A DNA stretch of 53,447 nucleotides, the filler included, from Ionaspis alba (Eukaryota): NCBI GenBank assembly GCA_964255285.1. It is 3 parts of 3 records of this genome, joined end to end, with 100 filler letters (N's around TTAATTAATTAA, not from the genome) between each part and the next. Parts side by side here need not be neighbours in the genome. Positions count along the whole stretch, not along the records: positions 17,892 to 35,679 come from CAXUUL010000312.1; 2 more parts are not named here. One strand, 5' to 3'. Shown one piece after another: positions 22,571 to 35,160 of the stretch. The notes under the pieces were generated by a model, which saw only the letters and a program-made list of their open reading frames with translations, made no database searches and was not told the origin of the DNA. How positions within the stretch are numbered: the stretch's first letter is position 1; every line of letters begins with the position of its first letter. The translations under genes were made by a program, and so were the position numbers.

Positions 22571-25544
22571 ACCAGCTCAAGAGCCCGCGAAAATGGCGGA
22601 GGATATCTCACCAAACGTATGTTGTTCTATAACGGAAAGGGTTCGGCCTGCTGAGAAAGATATTCTAGAGCAACTCGCAGACAAGCCCCGCGGACATGCA
22701 GCACAAATCTCCATCAGCGATGACAACCACCACGTAACAGAGGCAATTGGAGATTTATATGGGGATCATTACGGAAGACGAGAGTCGAGGCCGCTAAGCT
22801 TCCTCCCTTCGCTCAACAACGACGGCTTCCCGCAACCAGCGCGAAACGCAAAGATGGATTCGGGCACTACATCGGCGCAGCCAGGGCTCACCAAAACAAC
22901 CTCGAATGAAAGAGCACCGCACATAAACGGACAATCATACACTTCACCGGACAGAAAACACTCTTTTGGTCAGGGCAGTCTTTCGCTATCACCACCTCTT
23001 GGCTCACCAGTCCGTTCACCTTCTGATACTGCCACTTCCTCTTTTCCTCTCAACGATCTTGACTATGAATCCAACCCGGCCGCTGTCGCCCAAGAATTGA
23101 GCAACTTACAAGCTCTACGTCGAATGTCAATGGACGTGAACGCTGCCGGTGATCCCGACTTACCCTCTTTCAACTCGGCTTTCGGCATGCCTACGGTTGC
23201 ACCTACTGGTTCCGCAGATGAGGACGACACGTCGAGACTGTTTTGGGTACCAGCACGAATACACCCAGAACTTGCACCAACAGAGTTCAAGACATTTCTT
23301 GATAGCAGAGTGGATTCCATCAAACGCAGATCTTCAGAATTCTCACTTTCACTGGATGACAATCAACGCAAGGGATCAGGTAGTAGCCTGCGGAGGAAGA
23401 AGTCTATGCTTTCTAGGCAGATCGATAACACCGGAGGCAAGGGCGCAGAAGGATATCAAGATGGCGCTGAGCAGTTGGACAGAAAGAGGTCTCTCTCCGG
23501 TCAGGATGCTCTGAACACAGGAATATCGAATCTACGGGATCTTGAGGTCCTTGTGAATGACCGGACCAAGGTCATACAGAAGTTGAGCCTGGATACTGGC
23601 CAGAAGGCTACGGGAGAGGTGCCGGCCAGTGAAGACATGCCGATACTGCCATCTGTACCACCGGGGAACTCTCTACGAAGATCCACACGAACCCAATATC
23701 GTCGTGGCAGTCTTCGTAAGGGAGATCGCGTTCCTTTGTCAAAGCGCGGAGTAAAGTCCGGGGATACGGATAATGAGGATATATCAAGCGCGTCTCCTCA
23801 GACTCCAATCGCCAGCGAAACTCTTGACCTTGCGAGGGTATCGACAGATCCCACTCCTACGTCTGATAGACCTGCCGAAAACTTCTCAAGGCCTAGTCGA
23901 ATGAACAGGAATCGCGTTATAGCTCCGACTTCATCATCTCCCATTACTTTCAACGACAACCCCATCATTCCACCGTCTTCTTCTCCCGCGACTGTCAGCG
24001 ACACACCTCCAAGCATTCCTCCTATTCCTCGCCATTTCGTCTCCCAGATCGCATCGAATGGTCGCTCGACAGCGAACATCGATGGCATGATACCCAAGAT
24101 CATCGAAACGCCCCCACCTCCAGATGAAACGCGGCCAACCCCTCCGCTAGTCCACAAGTCTCGCTTACCCGAAAGGGTATCTTCACACGAGCCTCCTCCA
24201 TCACTACCACCTCAAGCGCCGTTACCGAGTGGTCCACCATTGAGAGGTGGTAAGAGACCTGGATTGTCACGCCAGAACCAAAGTGAGAAAGGCAATCAGA
24301 CTCTGCGAGATATGGCAGCCCATCCTTCTCCATTGCCTGGCAATAGTACTCGGACTGATAGTTTATCGTTCATCCCTACTCTTACGGAAGACAGAAAAGC
24401 TGAGCCAAAGAAGCCTGTGTCTAAGAAGGATGTTGCTGACGGTAGCGGTGCTAAGAAGTCAAGTTGGAGCTGGGGCTCTTTGCTTGGCAATGAGGAGAAG
24501 GAGAAGGAGAGACGAAAAGAGGAAGAGGCAAAGGAAGCAAGCAGGAGAGCCAAGCTGAGACAGGCCAAGTCTTCAGAGAAAGACAACACCAGGCTTGATG
24601 TTCTTCAGACTACTATGGACGGAGGCCGCGGTCGCGAAAGCCTTGTCCTCGACCGCGATAACCTCAAGCTTGAGGAAGAACGTAAGAAAGAAAGTAGCCG
24701 CAAATCATCAGGCAGTGACACGAAGAAAGAGAAAGAGTCCGGCCTCTTCTCATCCCTCTTCGGCGGAGGCAAGAAGAAGAATGAGCGAGAATCCTTCGGC
24801 AAGAAACACTCTTCCCGAGCTTTATCGCCAGACCCACCTCATCCTGTTCTGAAACCCGACCTCGACTACCCTTGGAGCCGTTTCACGATTCTTGAAGAAC
24901 GAGCTATCTACCGAATGGCCCACATCAAACTCGCCAATCCTCGACGCGCCCTCTACTCCCAAGTCCTCCTCAGCAACTTCATGTACTCCTACCTCGCCAA
25001 AGTCCAGCAAATGCATCCACAGATCCAAATCCCGCAGACCGCCGCTCAGAAAGCCCAACAACGGCAACAGCAACAACAACAGCAGCAGCAGCAGCAGAGG
25101 AAAGCCGACCAACCTGACGAGTTTTCCCAGTATCAGCGCTACCAAGAAGTACGCTCTACTCCCCTCTCTCTTCCTATACCTACCTGTTTGAAGCATTACT
25201 GACACACGCCCCAGCAACAACAACAACAACAACAAGACCTCGAAGCCTCCCGCTCCAACCCCTCTCCGACCACCGGCATCCACGACCCCGCCCCATATGT
25301 CGACGACGCCCAAAACTACAACCATGACCACGGCGACCCAGACGGCGGCAACCACGCTCCGTCACGGGGAAGCCAGCACAGCGCCCATAGCTTGGATGGC
25401 AGTAATGGGCATTATGCCCTCAATGGCGCCGGGCAACATTATCAAAGGGCTGGAGCAGGACATCAGCAACAGCAGCAGAATGTGTATCAGTATCCGCAGT
25501 CGCAGTTTGAGGAGGAGCGAGAGGACGATGATGATATGTGGTGA
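22571..25544 (+). CDS. zds1: Zds1-like protein (PP2A-Cdc55 regulator, Zds_C domain); exons 22571-22616, 22669-25148, 25215-25544; first exon probably in or beyond the gap at 22337-22436
   Basis: ELSNLQALRRMSMD, FWVPARIHPELAPTEFK, LRRKKSMLSRQ, and the Zds_C core RFTILEERAIYRMAHIKLANPRRALYSQVLLSNFMYSYL. Last exon ends DDDMW*. Confidence 0.9.
25056..25235 (+). repeat. CAA/CAG polyglutamine tracts in zds1, on either side of the last intron
   Basis: Mixed CAA/CAG run at ~25056-25096 and (CAA)7 at 25215-25235. Confidence 0.8.
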
Positions 25545-26433
25545 TGGGGTTCTGCTTGCTTGAGGCTTTCAGAGGAGGAGGGGGTGGTGCGTGTTTGGAT
25601 GTCAGGTAGGGAGGGAGTGGGGGAGTCTTGGGCAGGGCATATTGGTGGCGTTGGAAGGGCGGGAATTGGTCTTCATGTTGATGTGATGAAAATGGGGTGC
25701 TGGCATTGGCTTGTGTTGTGGAGGTCGAGAGCGGAGGCGGGGTCGGTTTCTCTTTCGTGTATATTCTTTCTCTGCGCAACGGGTAGACTATGAGGCATGG
25801 TCTGCCTACTAGCACTGCATGCTTGTGGTCTTTGGGAGCTGAGGCTGCAGCCCAACGAGTGTGATAGCTTGTCGGNNNNNNNNNNNNNNNNNNNNNNNNN
25901 NNNNNNNNNNNNNNNNNNNNNNNNNNNNNNNNNNNNNNNNNNNNNNNNNNNNNNNNNNNNNNNNNNNNNNNNNNNCTTTCTCGCCCCTTGCGTCGCGGTC
26001 ATTCGCTCAATATTTGATGCGGTTCCAGCTTGTCTTGATTTCTTGAGCTATGAATGCTAGTGAGAGTTCTTTTCAGAGACTGCTGGCAACTTTTGTGGCT
26101 CGGTCGTCATCATCGCAAGCCTGAACATGGTATCCACGTCGTCCTTCGCAGTCCGTCTGCTGATGAATCCTAAGTACTGGCTCTACTGCAGCCTAGTTGG
26201 CAGCTTGGCTGCTCTTCTTCGGACAGTCCTATCGCCAGGGGGTTTATTCGAGGGTGTTGCTGACCGATTCATGAACATGTCGTGGCGGCCACGAAGGAAG
26301 AGGAATCGTATAGCTGCTGGTCTGGGGCACGTAACCCCAATATTGATCCTTCGTTCTTACTCTCGTCTTGGCTCGATGTTCGCTGCTGCAACTCCCTTGT
26401 CCGATGGATTCTATAGACCCCTCAAAAGCCATC

Positions 26434-26439
26434 TATAAA
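26434..26439 (+). promoter_or_regulatory. Putative TATA box of the con-13-like gene
   Basis: TATAAA about 90 nt upstream of ATG 26527, followed by a CT-rich leader. Confidence 0.4.
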
Positions 26440-26526
26440 GAGGAGCTATGGGCCGTTCATAAATTTTGTTTGATCACTCGCGGTCCTCTTCTCTTCTCTT
26501 GCCTCTTCCTCCTGCTGTCTGCCATA

Positions 26527-27853
26527 ATGGTCTTCATCCGAGCTTTTACTTTGGCTACTGCCTCTGTTCTCTTGTTTATCCATTCATTGGCTATGGCCCA
26601 ACAGCTCACCAAACCGGTCATCAGTCCCGCGATCGACTTTTCCCAAGTTGATCAGGGCCTCTATGACCATTTGACACCCACGCAATCTACTTGGGATCAA
26701 TGGGGTCCAGGCTGGATCCCTCAGGCATGCAAGGACCTTACCCTAGGTGCTGGCTTTAATCCTACCGATATCGAGGTCTTCAACGTGCACTATACTGATG
26801 TAGGTCCTCTTCATGTTGTTCTTAGCCCTGTGGTTCTGACGTCTTTCCAGTGCGGTGATGTTTGGATCATGTGTCGCCATCACCAGTCCCCGATGAGGTA
26901 CGAGCCAGCTCTCGATCTTGTCATGGATAGTCACCCGATATGAGCAAATCTAAGTCGTGATACAGTCAAATCGACATGATTGACAATTTCGGACGTATGC
27001 CAGTCCGTATGCGAGACTACGTCCGCCACATTATTGCGCTTCCAGGACAAAAATCAGCAGGAAGCAATGGTGATAACATCGCGTTTTTCGGCACTTCGAA
27101 CGTCATCTCGATTTTTATACATGAAACAGCACACAGTCTAGACTCGCATGCGTACAGTCCAGATATCACTCCATTTCATGGTGAGTCATATTATCAGCTA
27201 TGACGCCTAAATCAATGTCTCGAAACATAACTGATGCACATCACAGGATCTGCACCATGGTTGCAGGCATACGATCAGGACCAGGCTATCTCTGACCCGT
27301 ATGCAGGCACAAGTCAAGCAGAGGTAACCAGTTCCCAGACCAGCAGTTGCAGTTGTGTAGCTCCTTTGCTAACTACTGTACAGAATGTGGCTCAGGAGAC
27401 CGTCATCTCTATCTTCGATAAAGTGGTCCCGGGCGGAATTGGCACAATCGAGCCTAATTGGAACGCCATCTTCCACCAATACGCTACTCTTCAATACTAC
27501 GCTGGCCAAACCATTATCCCAGGCGGGACTTGCATCTATCGCTTGGCCAACAGGTAAGCAGTCACCAGCCCATTTCTGCACGCCTCTTCCTCTAAGCTTT
27601 TTCGTCTCTTTTGCGTGTGCTCAGTAAATGAGGCTCTCAAAGAATTGAAATGCTGATATGAAGTGGCGGCAGCCCTCCCGTGTCGATGACATCTAGTCCT
27701 CGTCTGCGTCCCAGGTCTAAAGCACCTGACGTGTCATTGAGCGCAAATGTCAAGGTCATTCCAGAAATTCCTATGACGGCGGAGTATTTGGTCACGGAGT
27801 GGGACGACAAGCAGAAAGCGACCCGGGCTAGGAAGGCGAAGGCGCATACTTAG
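26527..27853 (+). CDS. Secreted CON-13-like protein with HExxH motif, 6 exons (26527-26799, 26851-26897, 26966-27180, 27247-27323, 27384-27553, 27673-27853), ~320 aa
   Basis: Signal peptide, WGPGWIPQACK, FNVHYTDCGDVWIMCRH, FGRMPVRMRDYVRH, IHETAHSLD, YAGTSQAENVAQ. Five GT-AG introns, all in phase. Confidence 0.8.
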
Positions 27854-28260
27854 GGAGATCATCCTCATTCGGGTGCAGTGAGGCAAGTGTACGCTGGTAC
27901 AGATTTCTCCAGTACCAAGACTTTTGCATCCAAGATATNNNNNNNNNNNNNNNNNNNNNNNNNNNNNNNNNNNNNNNNNNNNNNNNNNNNNNNNNNNNNN
28001 NNNNNNNNNNNNNNNNNNNNNNNNNNNNNNNNNNNNNNCATCCAAGATATGCTCCCCTCAGACTTAGCTGAAATGGCGATTTCTCCTGGCAGCCAACTGT
28101 GTTGAAGTGTGAATATTTGTGGAACTGGGCTTGCAATGTGATCTTCTGGAAGATACGAGCAACTTGGGTAGATTGGTGTCTGATCATGCAATGTATGTGC
28201 TAAGTGTGGTCTGTTGAGAGATAGAATCCTGGCTGAACAGAGATTGAATGGTTTCTTTCG

Positions 28261-31200
28261 CTACGCGGTGTCCTCCGGGAGTTTATCGTTAACTGCTTCT
28301 CCTTTGGCCCGCAAAAGCTGCTCGATCACATCATCGCTTCTAGGGGATCTGCTATACCTGGCTGTCTGCAGCACATTACGACCATGATCGTCTTTCAATT
28401 CTGTACTGGCCCCTGCTTCTAACAACACCTTCACTGCTGCCACATTCCCGTCAGCTGCTGCGTAGTGGAGGGCTGTCCGTCCACCGTCATCTGTCGCATC
28501 GAGGCAGGCGCCTTCAGCAATCAGTTTCTTGGCCCAAGAATCCTGTCCGTAGTTCTTCCAAGCAATCAATGCCCAATGTAGCGGGGATTGCCCTATCGCA
28601 CCTCTTTTGTCTATAGCACCTTTGTCTTTCATAGCTTCCAGGAACTTTTTTTCGTGCACGTGCAGAGGAGATTTGTAACCATAGACTGCAGTGAGGATCG
28701 AGCCCAGACCAATGCTATACTGAAGCTCTGGCCACTGGTCTTGGAAATAGTCTTCCTCCTTTACTCCGTTCTCGATAATGAGTCGAAGTATGTCGGTCTC
28801 GTTATACATTATGCATGTGGCAATGGCTGTAAAGCCGTTTCGATTTTTAAATTTCAAGTCGACTCCATGATCCAGAAAGATTTTTGTTCCTTTCAAGTTG
28901 CCAAAAGCTATAGCAGTTTGGAAGGCTGTGTTCCCATCTCGATCCATAGCCTTGACATCCGAGCCAGCTTCAAGCAATAAGCCGCACACCGGCCTATCCC
29001 GCCCATGCGCTGATAGAATCAGGGGTGTCCGTCCCATGAGGTCACGTGCCTCAGTATTGGCTCCGTTGTCGAGTAGTGTTTTGATAACGGTGTCATTGCC
29101 CATTGCAACTGCGCGGAAGAGAGGAGTGAGTGCTTGGGAGTCTTTCCCTTCGATTTTGGCACCATGATCAAGCAACAGTTGTATCATAGAGGAGTTATTG
29201 TGATAACATGCTAAGTTCAACGGTGGATCTATGTCGTCGTCTTCCTCATTCACATTAACGCCTTTCTCAAGTAGCAGCCGAACCACATCCTCATGGTCAT
29301 ATCTGGCTGCTCCACCGAGAGGTCTGAAGCTGCCAGAGATGCTTCTTGCTTGAGCTTCGATATCAGCTCCGCTGTCAATCAAGTGACGAACCATCTCGAC
29401 GTTTCCATTGCATGCTGCAACGTGTATAACTTCGATGGCGCCCTTTTCTTTTCGGACCTCGATCCCCATCTCATTTAGCAGACTATATGAAATAAGTCTC
29501 AATCCATAGCAAGCACAGACCAGGAGCGCAGATCCTTGCTTCTTGAAGTTGAACGCATGTTTGAGATATCTGAATTGAGAATCCTCATGCTCGCTGCCAA
29601 CGATGCGGACCAATAACTCAAGTGGTACGCATCGCTTCAGGAACTCGAGAAACTGGTCTCTTATCTGCAGTTCTTCATTACCTTGCGCATGTCTCCCCCA
29701 AAAGTTGGACGCGTAATTAACAAGTGGATTCTCACGAGAAATCTCGAGGACAGTCTTAGTGTCGTGGTCAATGAAGGACAGATAACTCAGGCAGTTTTTT
29801 GCGATCTCAATTTGAGCTGTCGGGAAATGACGAGACCTGGTGCGCTCGAAGTATTCTTGAGTAGTGTAATGTACCAGGCGGATAATTTTGCTTTCTTCTT
29901 CCACGTTTACTAAACCAGCGCAAACAGAGACGATGTCATCCTCGTAGGGAAGAGCTTCCTCATCTAATAACTCGATGCCAGACGCTGTCGCTAAAGCGTA
30001 CCGGAGCTCTGGAATCGTCAATGGCCTGAAAGCATGGGTAATCCACGACAGAGCCCGTCTAGCTAATTGCACGTCGTCTGCCTCCTGTTGGTAGATTCTT
30101 TCCATAGCCTCATCATAAATCTCATCTAAGCTCTCTGGCATTCTCTGCAGGGCCAGTCGAAGGTCCCTCTTTGTCAGCTTCTTCGCAAGAGAGTCCATAT
30201 GAAGTTGAGCTAACAAGAACCTATGATCAATATTGCTCATCAGTCACTGTCCTGGAAAGACCGTATAAGGGGCTTCACTGACATTCCATTCGCATTAGCT
30301 ACCAAGACATCAATAATTTCAGTTTTAAGAGCCATGTCTCCCTCAATATGACGTACCATCCTTCGACTTTGGAGAACACGGGCTCCGACATATCTTTGAA
30401 CATCTTCATCGGTAGCACGTATCTCAAGCCTTGCTCCAAATTCATAATCACGTTCTATAGTTGGCAGCGGCCTTGAGGTCACCAGTAAGTACGCGTTCTG
30501 AGGCAGATCCATCAGTTCCGCAGCCATGAGGTCTCTCGTTCCTTCCGAGCATTCATCTAAGGCATCAACGATGAGGAAGACTTTCGGAAGTGCTTCGATT
30601 TCATGCCGCAACATTGTGCAGACCTCGTCCAGATATGGCCTTGTTTGTGATGAATCATGCCGGTTGTATGCAGCAAGTACCTCGTTTGAAACATCCTCCC
30701 GTGCCCTCACAAGTTGTTGTAGCAGACTTGAGAAAAGGGCGTTGGCAGTTTGTTGTTCTTTGTAATTACAATAAACATATCCAATTGCGATGCTTCCGTC
30801 TTTCCGGGATCTGTCTTCGAGATACTCAACCACAATGGACCTAGTGCTATTAGCTAAGCTTGAAATAGTCTCAAGGCCGATATACACACGTCATAACAGT
30901 CTTCCCTGCCCCCGCTGTCCAAGTATCAGTTTCCGTCATCCTTCCGAATTGAGTAGAGTCTTACGAGGTCCGGGGCACCACAGACTACGAATGGCGCCGT
31001 CAACCCAACTTTTGAAAGTCTCTGTTTCCAAGAACCATTTTCCAGTGCCCGGCTGCCGTCGGCTTACGGTATCAGCTTGGTGTGGAGCGAAATTGAGGGA
31101 GGACAGCCACGCAATTACAGCCTGGCGGTCTTCAACCTTCTTTTCCAGCCGAGTTTCTCTGATGGCATTCACAACATCGTTCATCTGGGAAGATATCTGT

Positions 31201-31643
31201 AGGTTTTGCTCTCTTACAGCCAACGAGAGCGCAAAATGGTCCTTCTGTAAAGCCAGGCCAACAAAAGTCTTCATTCGCTCAATATTGGCCAAAGTCTTGG
31301 TGACATCTTTCTCATCCAAGGGCCACAATACCGCCTGTTTCCATTGAGCTTTGGGCTCCAACTTCCGAGCCAAGGCTTCCATGTCATCCTTAAGAAGCTC
31401 TAAGGGCCCATGAATAGCACCTAGAGAATGTATGCCGGCAGACCATGCGTCGTTTGAGTCAGCTTCTTCCACCCTATATCTCAGGTCAGTCAGCAAGGAC
31501 AGTAGACTGGTAGCTTCTCGTGCTAGACGCGCCCGATGTTTTGGGGCGCTCTTCACGTCATTGAGATATTGAACAGCTTTCGTGGTTGCTTCAACCAATT
31601 GCACGATACTGGCAAGAAGACCAAGGGTAGCGATTGGGTCCAT
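28261..31643 (-). CDS. Fungal NLR-like STAND protein: HeLo-like/SesA-type N-terminus, NACHT, winged helix, ankyrin repeats; 4 exons (30965-31643, 30890-30914, 30283-30840, 28261-30220), ~1073 aa
   Basis: MDPIATLGLLASIVQLV N-terminal helix, PGTGKWFL, spliced Walker A GPPGAGKT, Walker B LIVDALDEC, LLVTSRP, GMFLLAQLH, LVHYTTQEY. About 9 ankyrin repeats (GRTPL, GQSPLH, GRTALH). Confidence 0.92.
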
Positions 31644-32608
31644 AAAGATAGATTGAGTGGTAACAGCATATATACTGATGGGAAGAACAAAACGTAGAAT
31701 GCTTCACAAATGCTGTTGCGCCCAAGAACAGTCCTTGGCCTTCTTGCGAGGTACCCATGAGTAATTCTTCTCTTGTTAAGAACGATAACAGCGCAATGTG
31801 CGGATTACACAGCATGAAAGTAGAAGAAAGCTATATTGGAGCGCACGGCACAGTAGAGGGTCTCACTACATGTCCAGCACATCCTCCAATTGCAGTGTCT
31901 TCCGGTTCCAATAAAACCCTGCTACGTTGTGCTCGAGGCTGCAGACAGCCAAGATGCGCCTCTACTATTCGTCCTCCATCGTTTGTGAGTCGGGCGTGTG
32001 CATGCCCGTGCATGGAAGCGGCTCGTAGGCCAATAGGAAGACCAGACGAGGTGTGACAACTCCCTGAGCATCGAGGAGAGCCTTCAGGCTCGCCGAAGAC
32101 GAAGTACCCCGATCGGTTTAGGTAGGATCTGCAGAGTTGTCCGAATAAGACTCGAAACCCAAATAAATCAACGAAGTATCAATCCAAACGGATTCGAAGC
32201 TGCTTTTTGTGACAGCAAGTTCATGTTGAGATTGTAGAAATATAGGCATAGCAGACATCGCGGTCGCGTTGTCGTTTCTAGCGCGGTGATCCTCACGACC
32301 CGGGCCTTTTTCCTCCGGCTTCCTATCCCATCACTTTCGGTTGCTGGATGACAAGGTAGTTTATAATGATGATAACGAGCGCAATGAATTACTCGGAGAT
32401 ATATCAGCTGGATATACTGCTTCAGAGATGAATTGTCGCATTGCAGGAACATTAGTCTTCATCTGATCTGAGGAGAACTACTACGTTTAAATTTGATCCT
32501 GTTTAATTCGTTGCCGTTGTTTGAGTCTGTGGCTGCTAAGGCGAACATACTGAAGAGTAGCAGATATTCGAGACTTCCTCATTGCTAGTTGCAAATTGGA
32601 GCAGCGTT

Positions 32609-33550
32609 TCATTGTCTAAACGCGTCTTCTTCCTGTCGAAGTATCTTGATCGTGAACTCGACGGTGAATTGCCCGGTGGGAAACCTCCACTGCCTATTCC
32701 AAAATCGCGTCCTATAGACAGCGACACAGCGTGTCACAAACATGACTAGGTGGGCAATCCTAAGAGTAGCCCGAACTTAGCATTACGTCTTTGAATATCC
32801 CCGACATAGAGTCTTAACTCAGCTTAAAAGCAGAACGGGAGTAACTCACCCAGCAGCAAGCGCAAAACCGAACGCTACCCCAGCCAAAACATTGATCGTT
32901 TTCTCAAAGTGCTTACACGTCGCCATGTCATCAACCCATCGCGAATTTGACTCGCACCGGCCGGAGCCATAATACGGATCGAGAAGGTATGTTAGGCCTT
33001 GCGACGCCCACCCAGTGGAATAGGCACCGATGACCAGATCCAATGACCAGTTTACCAGAAGAGGGAGCGCTCGCCGTGAGATACGAAGTCGGATAAGATT
33101 GAACAGCGAGCTTAAAGCGGCTAGGATACTCTAGACATTGGGAACTATGTCAGCAACGTTCACACCACGGTTGGAGGTCCACGAAGGGACGAAACGGACA
33201 AAGCCAAAGATTGGTCCAAGACTCTCTGACAACGTCCAGGGCAGATCGTGACCGCTTGGTCTATTCGCCGTCAAGATGAAGACTGCAGTGGCAAAGGTGA
33301 TGGTTATGAAGGAGAAGACGAGAGAAAGGGTGGTCAGGATGGTCAGGACGATGATAGTTCTAGCTGTTCGAGGAGCTGGGGAGTCTTCCGCAGAGGCTTC
33401 ATGTACTTCGGAGGAAACGTGATTGTCATCATTGATGGCGGGAGAGGGATCGCCCTGCTCAGTGGTAGAGGACAGTAGAGGGGTGGCTTCGGAGGCCACG
33501 ATTGGAGAAGCTGGAGGCGAATCTGACCTGTGTGGTTGACTGTCCACCAT
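32609..33550 (-). CDS. Hypothetical ~4-TM membrane protein, 3 exons (33200-33550, 32850-33130, 32609-32759), ~260 aa
   Basis: Cytosolic N-terminus with an EATPLL dileucine-type motif, four hydrophobic stretches, a Cys pair in one loop, and C-terminal WRFPTGQFTVEFTIKILRQE. Phase-compatible GT-AG introns with branch sites. Confidence 0.75.
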
Positions 33551-34456
33551 GACTGCTCCGTAAGAACTCGGAATGCTCAAAGATGGAATCGGTGGTGAGC
33601 TTCTACATGGTGGGAACTGTTGATTCCGGGGCGCAGCCGGTGCTGCCTAGTATTGGAGGTCGTGATGTTGGTATGGCTAAGTGCCCGTGCCATGAGAGGC
33701 GCAGCGCGAAACAGTCAGCCTTCGCCGCTATTCTTCGGTAGTTTCTTGCTAGGATATCGAGATTCACCTTTGTAATGTTCAACATATGTAAACGTTTGGA
33801 AGAAACGAGATTTTGAGAGTTTGTCTCTTCTTCTGCTTAAGACCGAGGGGCTACTCGAGCCGACAATCATCGACACCATGACATTTGCTGAATAGTTGAG
33901 CTCTAGTGCTTTGACTTCAACAATGCAATGGTATTAGGTCTATGATTAGAACTAAGGCAATAGCTCAACATTCATCGTGCTGAAGGGGCAGTTTCATAGC
34001 AGTTGAAGACAGAATACTATCCATATGTCTGGAGAATAAGGCAATGCTCAACTAGCTCAAAGTCAAGTCGGCTCCGTATTGAGCTCGTGCATATCAGGTT
34101 TATATGCTGCAATCGAATTATCGAATAATAGAACACCAAAAATCGGCAGGACTATCGAGGGTATTCTCCTCCACCGAATAATAGGACAAGACTCAGACAG
34201 CTCCTTAGGGTGGGCACTAGAAAACCTCAGACCGGAACCCTATAGCCCTAATGCATCGAATGAGGCTCCACACTCGAGCGCTCACGATAGGCTCAGCCTA
34301 GTATTTGTATACCCTTGTCGCCGATGTCATCACCGACTTTGGACGGAATAGAATCTCAAATTGCGATAACGTCACTTGACAAATATCTCCTACATTGCCA
34401 CTTGAAGACCTTTCAGAAATTGTCATTATCGTCTTTATCAACTCACATATAATCCC

Positions 34457-35160
34457 ATGCGTCTCCTGTCATTCCCGAACATCATACGGACTCTCTACAC
34501 ATTTTCTAACGCCACCGCTCGCACCTTCCCGTCTCTTCAGCAGAAAACCGTTCCGCCTTTTACCAGAGGGACCATTCTCAGGTCTATGCCTACAATCCCT
34601 TTCTTTGGATCTCTATTCAGCAGCTCGAGCTCGAAAGACATGAAAAATTACCCAGTGCAGAAGAGCGACGCTGAGTGGCGCGCTGTTTTGAGTCCAGGTA
34701 AGAGCTTCGACTTTCGTTCGATTCATGACGAGGTCCATGCGTAAAGTTAGCTTTGTACTGACTATTTCCTTTTGCAGAACAGTTCAAGATCTTGCGTCAG
34801 AAGGGTACAGAAGACGCTTATTCTGGCGAACACTACAAGCCCATGCCCTCCGAAGGCATTTACACATGCGCTGCTTGCGACGCTCCTCTATATAAAGCTA
34901 ATCACAAGTTCAAGAGCGCATGTGGTTGGCCAGCATACTTCGACAGTATTCCTGGCGCCGTGGACCGACGCGAGGACGGCTCGTTGGGCATGTTAAGAAC
35001 TGAGATCGTCTGCTCGAATTGCGGAGGACATTTGGGTCACGTATTCAAAGGAGAAGGATATCCGACTCCCACGGACGAGAGACATTGTGTAAACAGTGTT
35101 TCCTTGACTCTTAAGAAAGAGGGGGGAAAAGCGGGGACGGACAATGCAAGCAAGGTCTAA
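34457..35160 (+). CDS. msrB: Peptide methionine-R-sulfoxide reductase MsrB, 2 exons (34457-34697, 34778-35160), ~207 aa
   Basis: WRAVLSPEQFKILRQKGTE, Zn ligands CAAC and CSNC, CGWPAYF, HLGHVFKGE, catalytic RHCVNS. Confidence 0.95.

Noticed and set aside
27927..28050. 12-nt direct repeat CATCCAAGATAT around a gap
   Set aside because: Same overlap artefact, with no transposon features nearby.
28261..33550. Amyloid signalling motif (HET-s/PP/sigma type) linking the NLR to a neighbouring effector
   Set aside because: No G/N/Q-rich pseudo-repeat at the NLR N-terminus or at the neighbours' C-termini. The NLR has its own helical N-terminal domain.
33890..34070. Short imperfect repeats (AAGGCAAT(A)GCTCAAC) suggesting a MITE
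   Set aside because: Too short and degenerate, with no terminal inverted repeat pair or target duplication.
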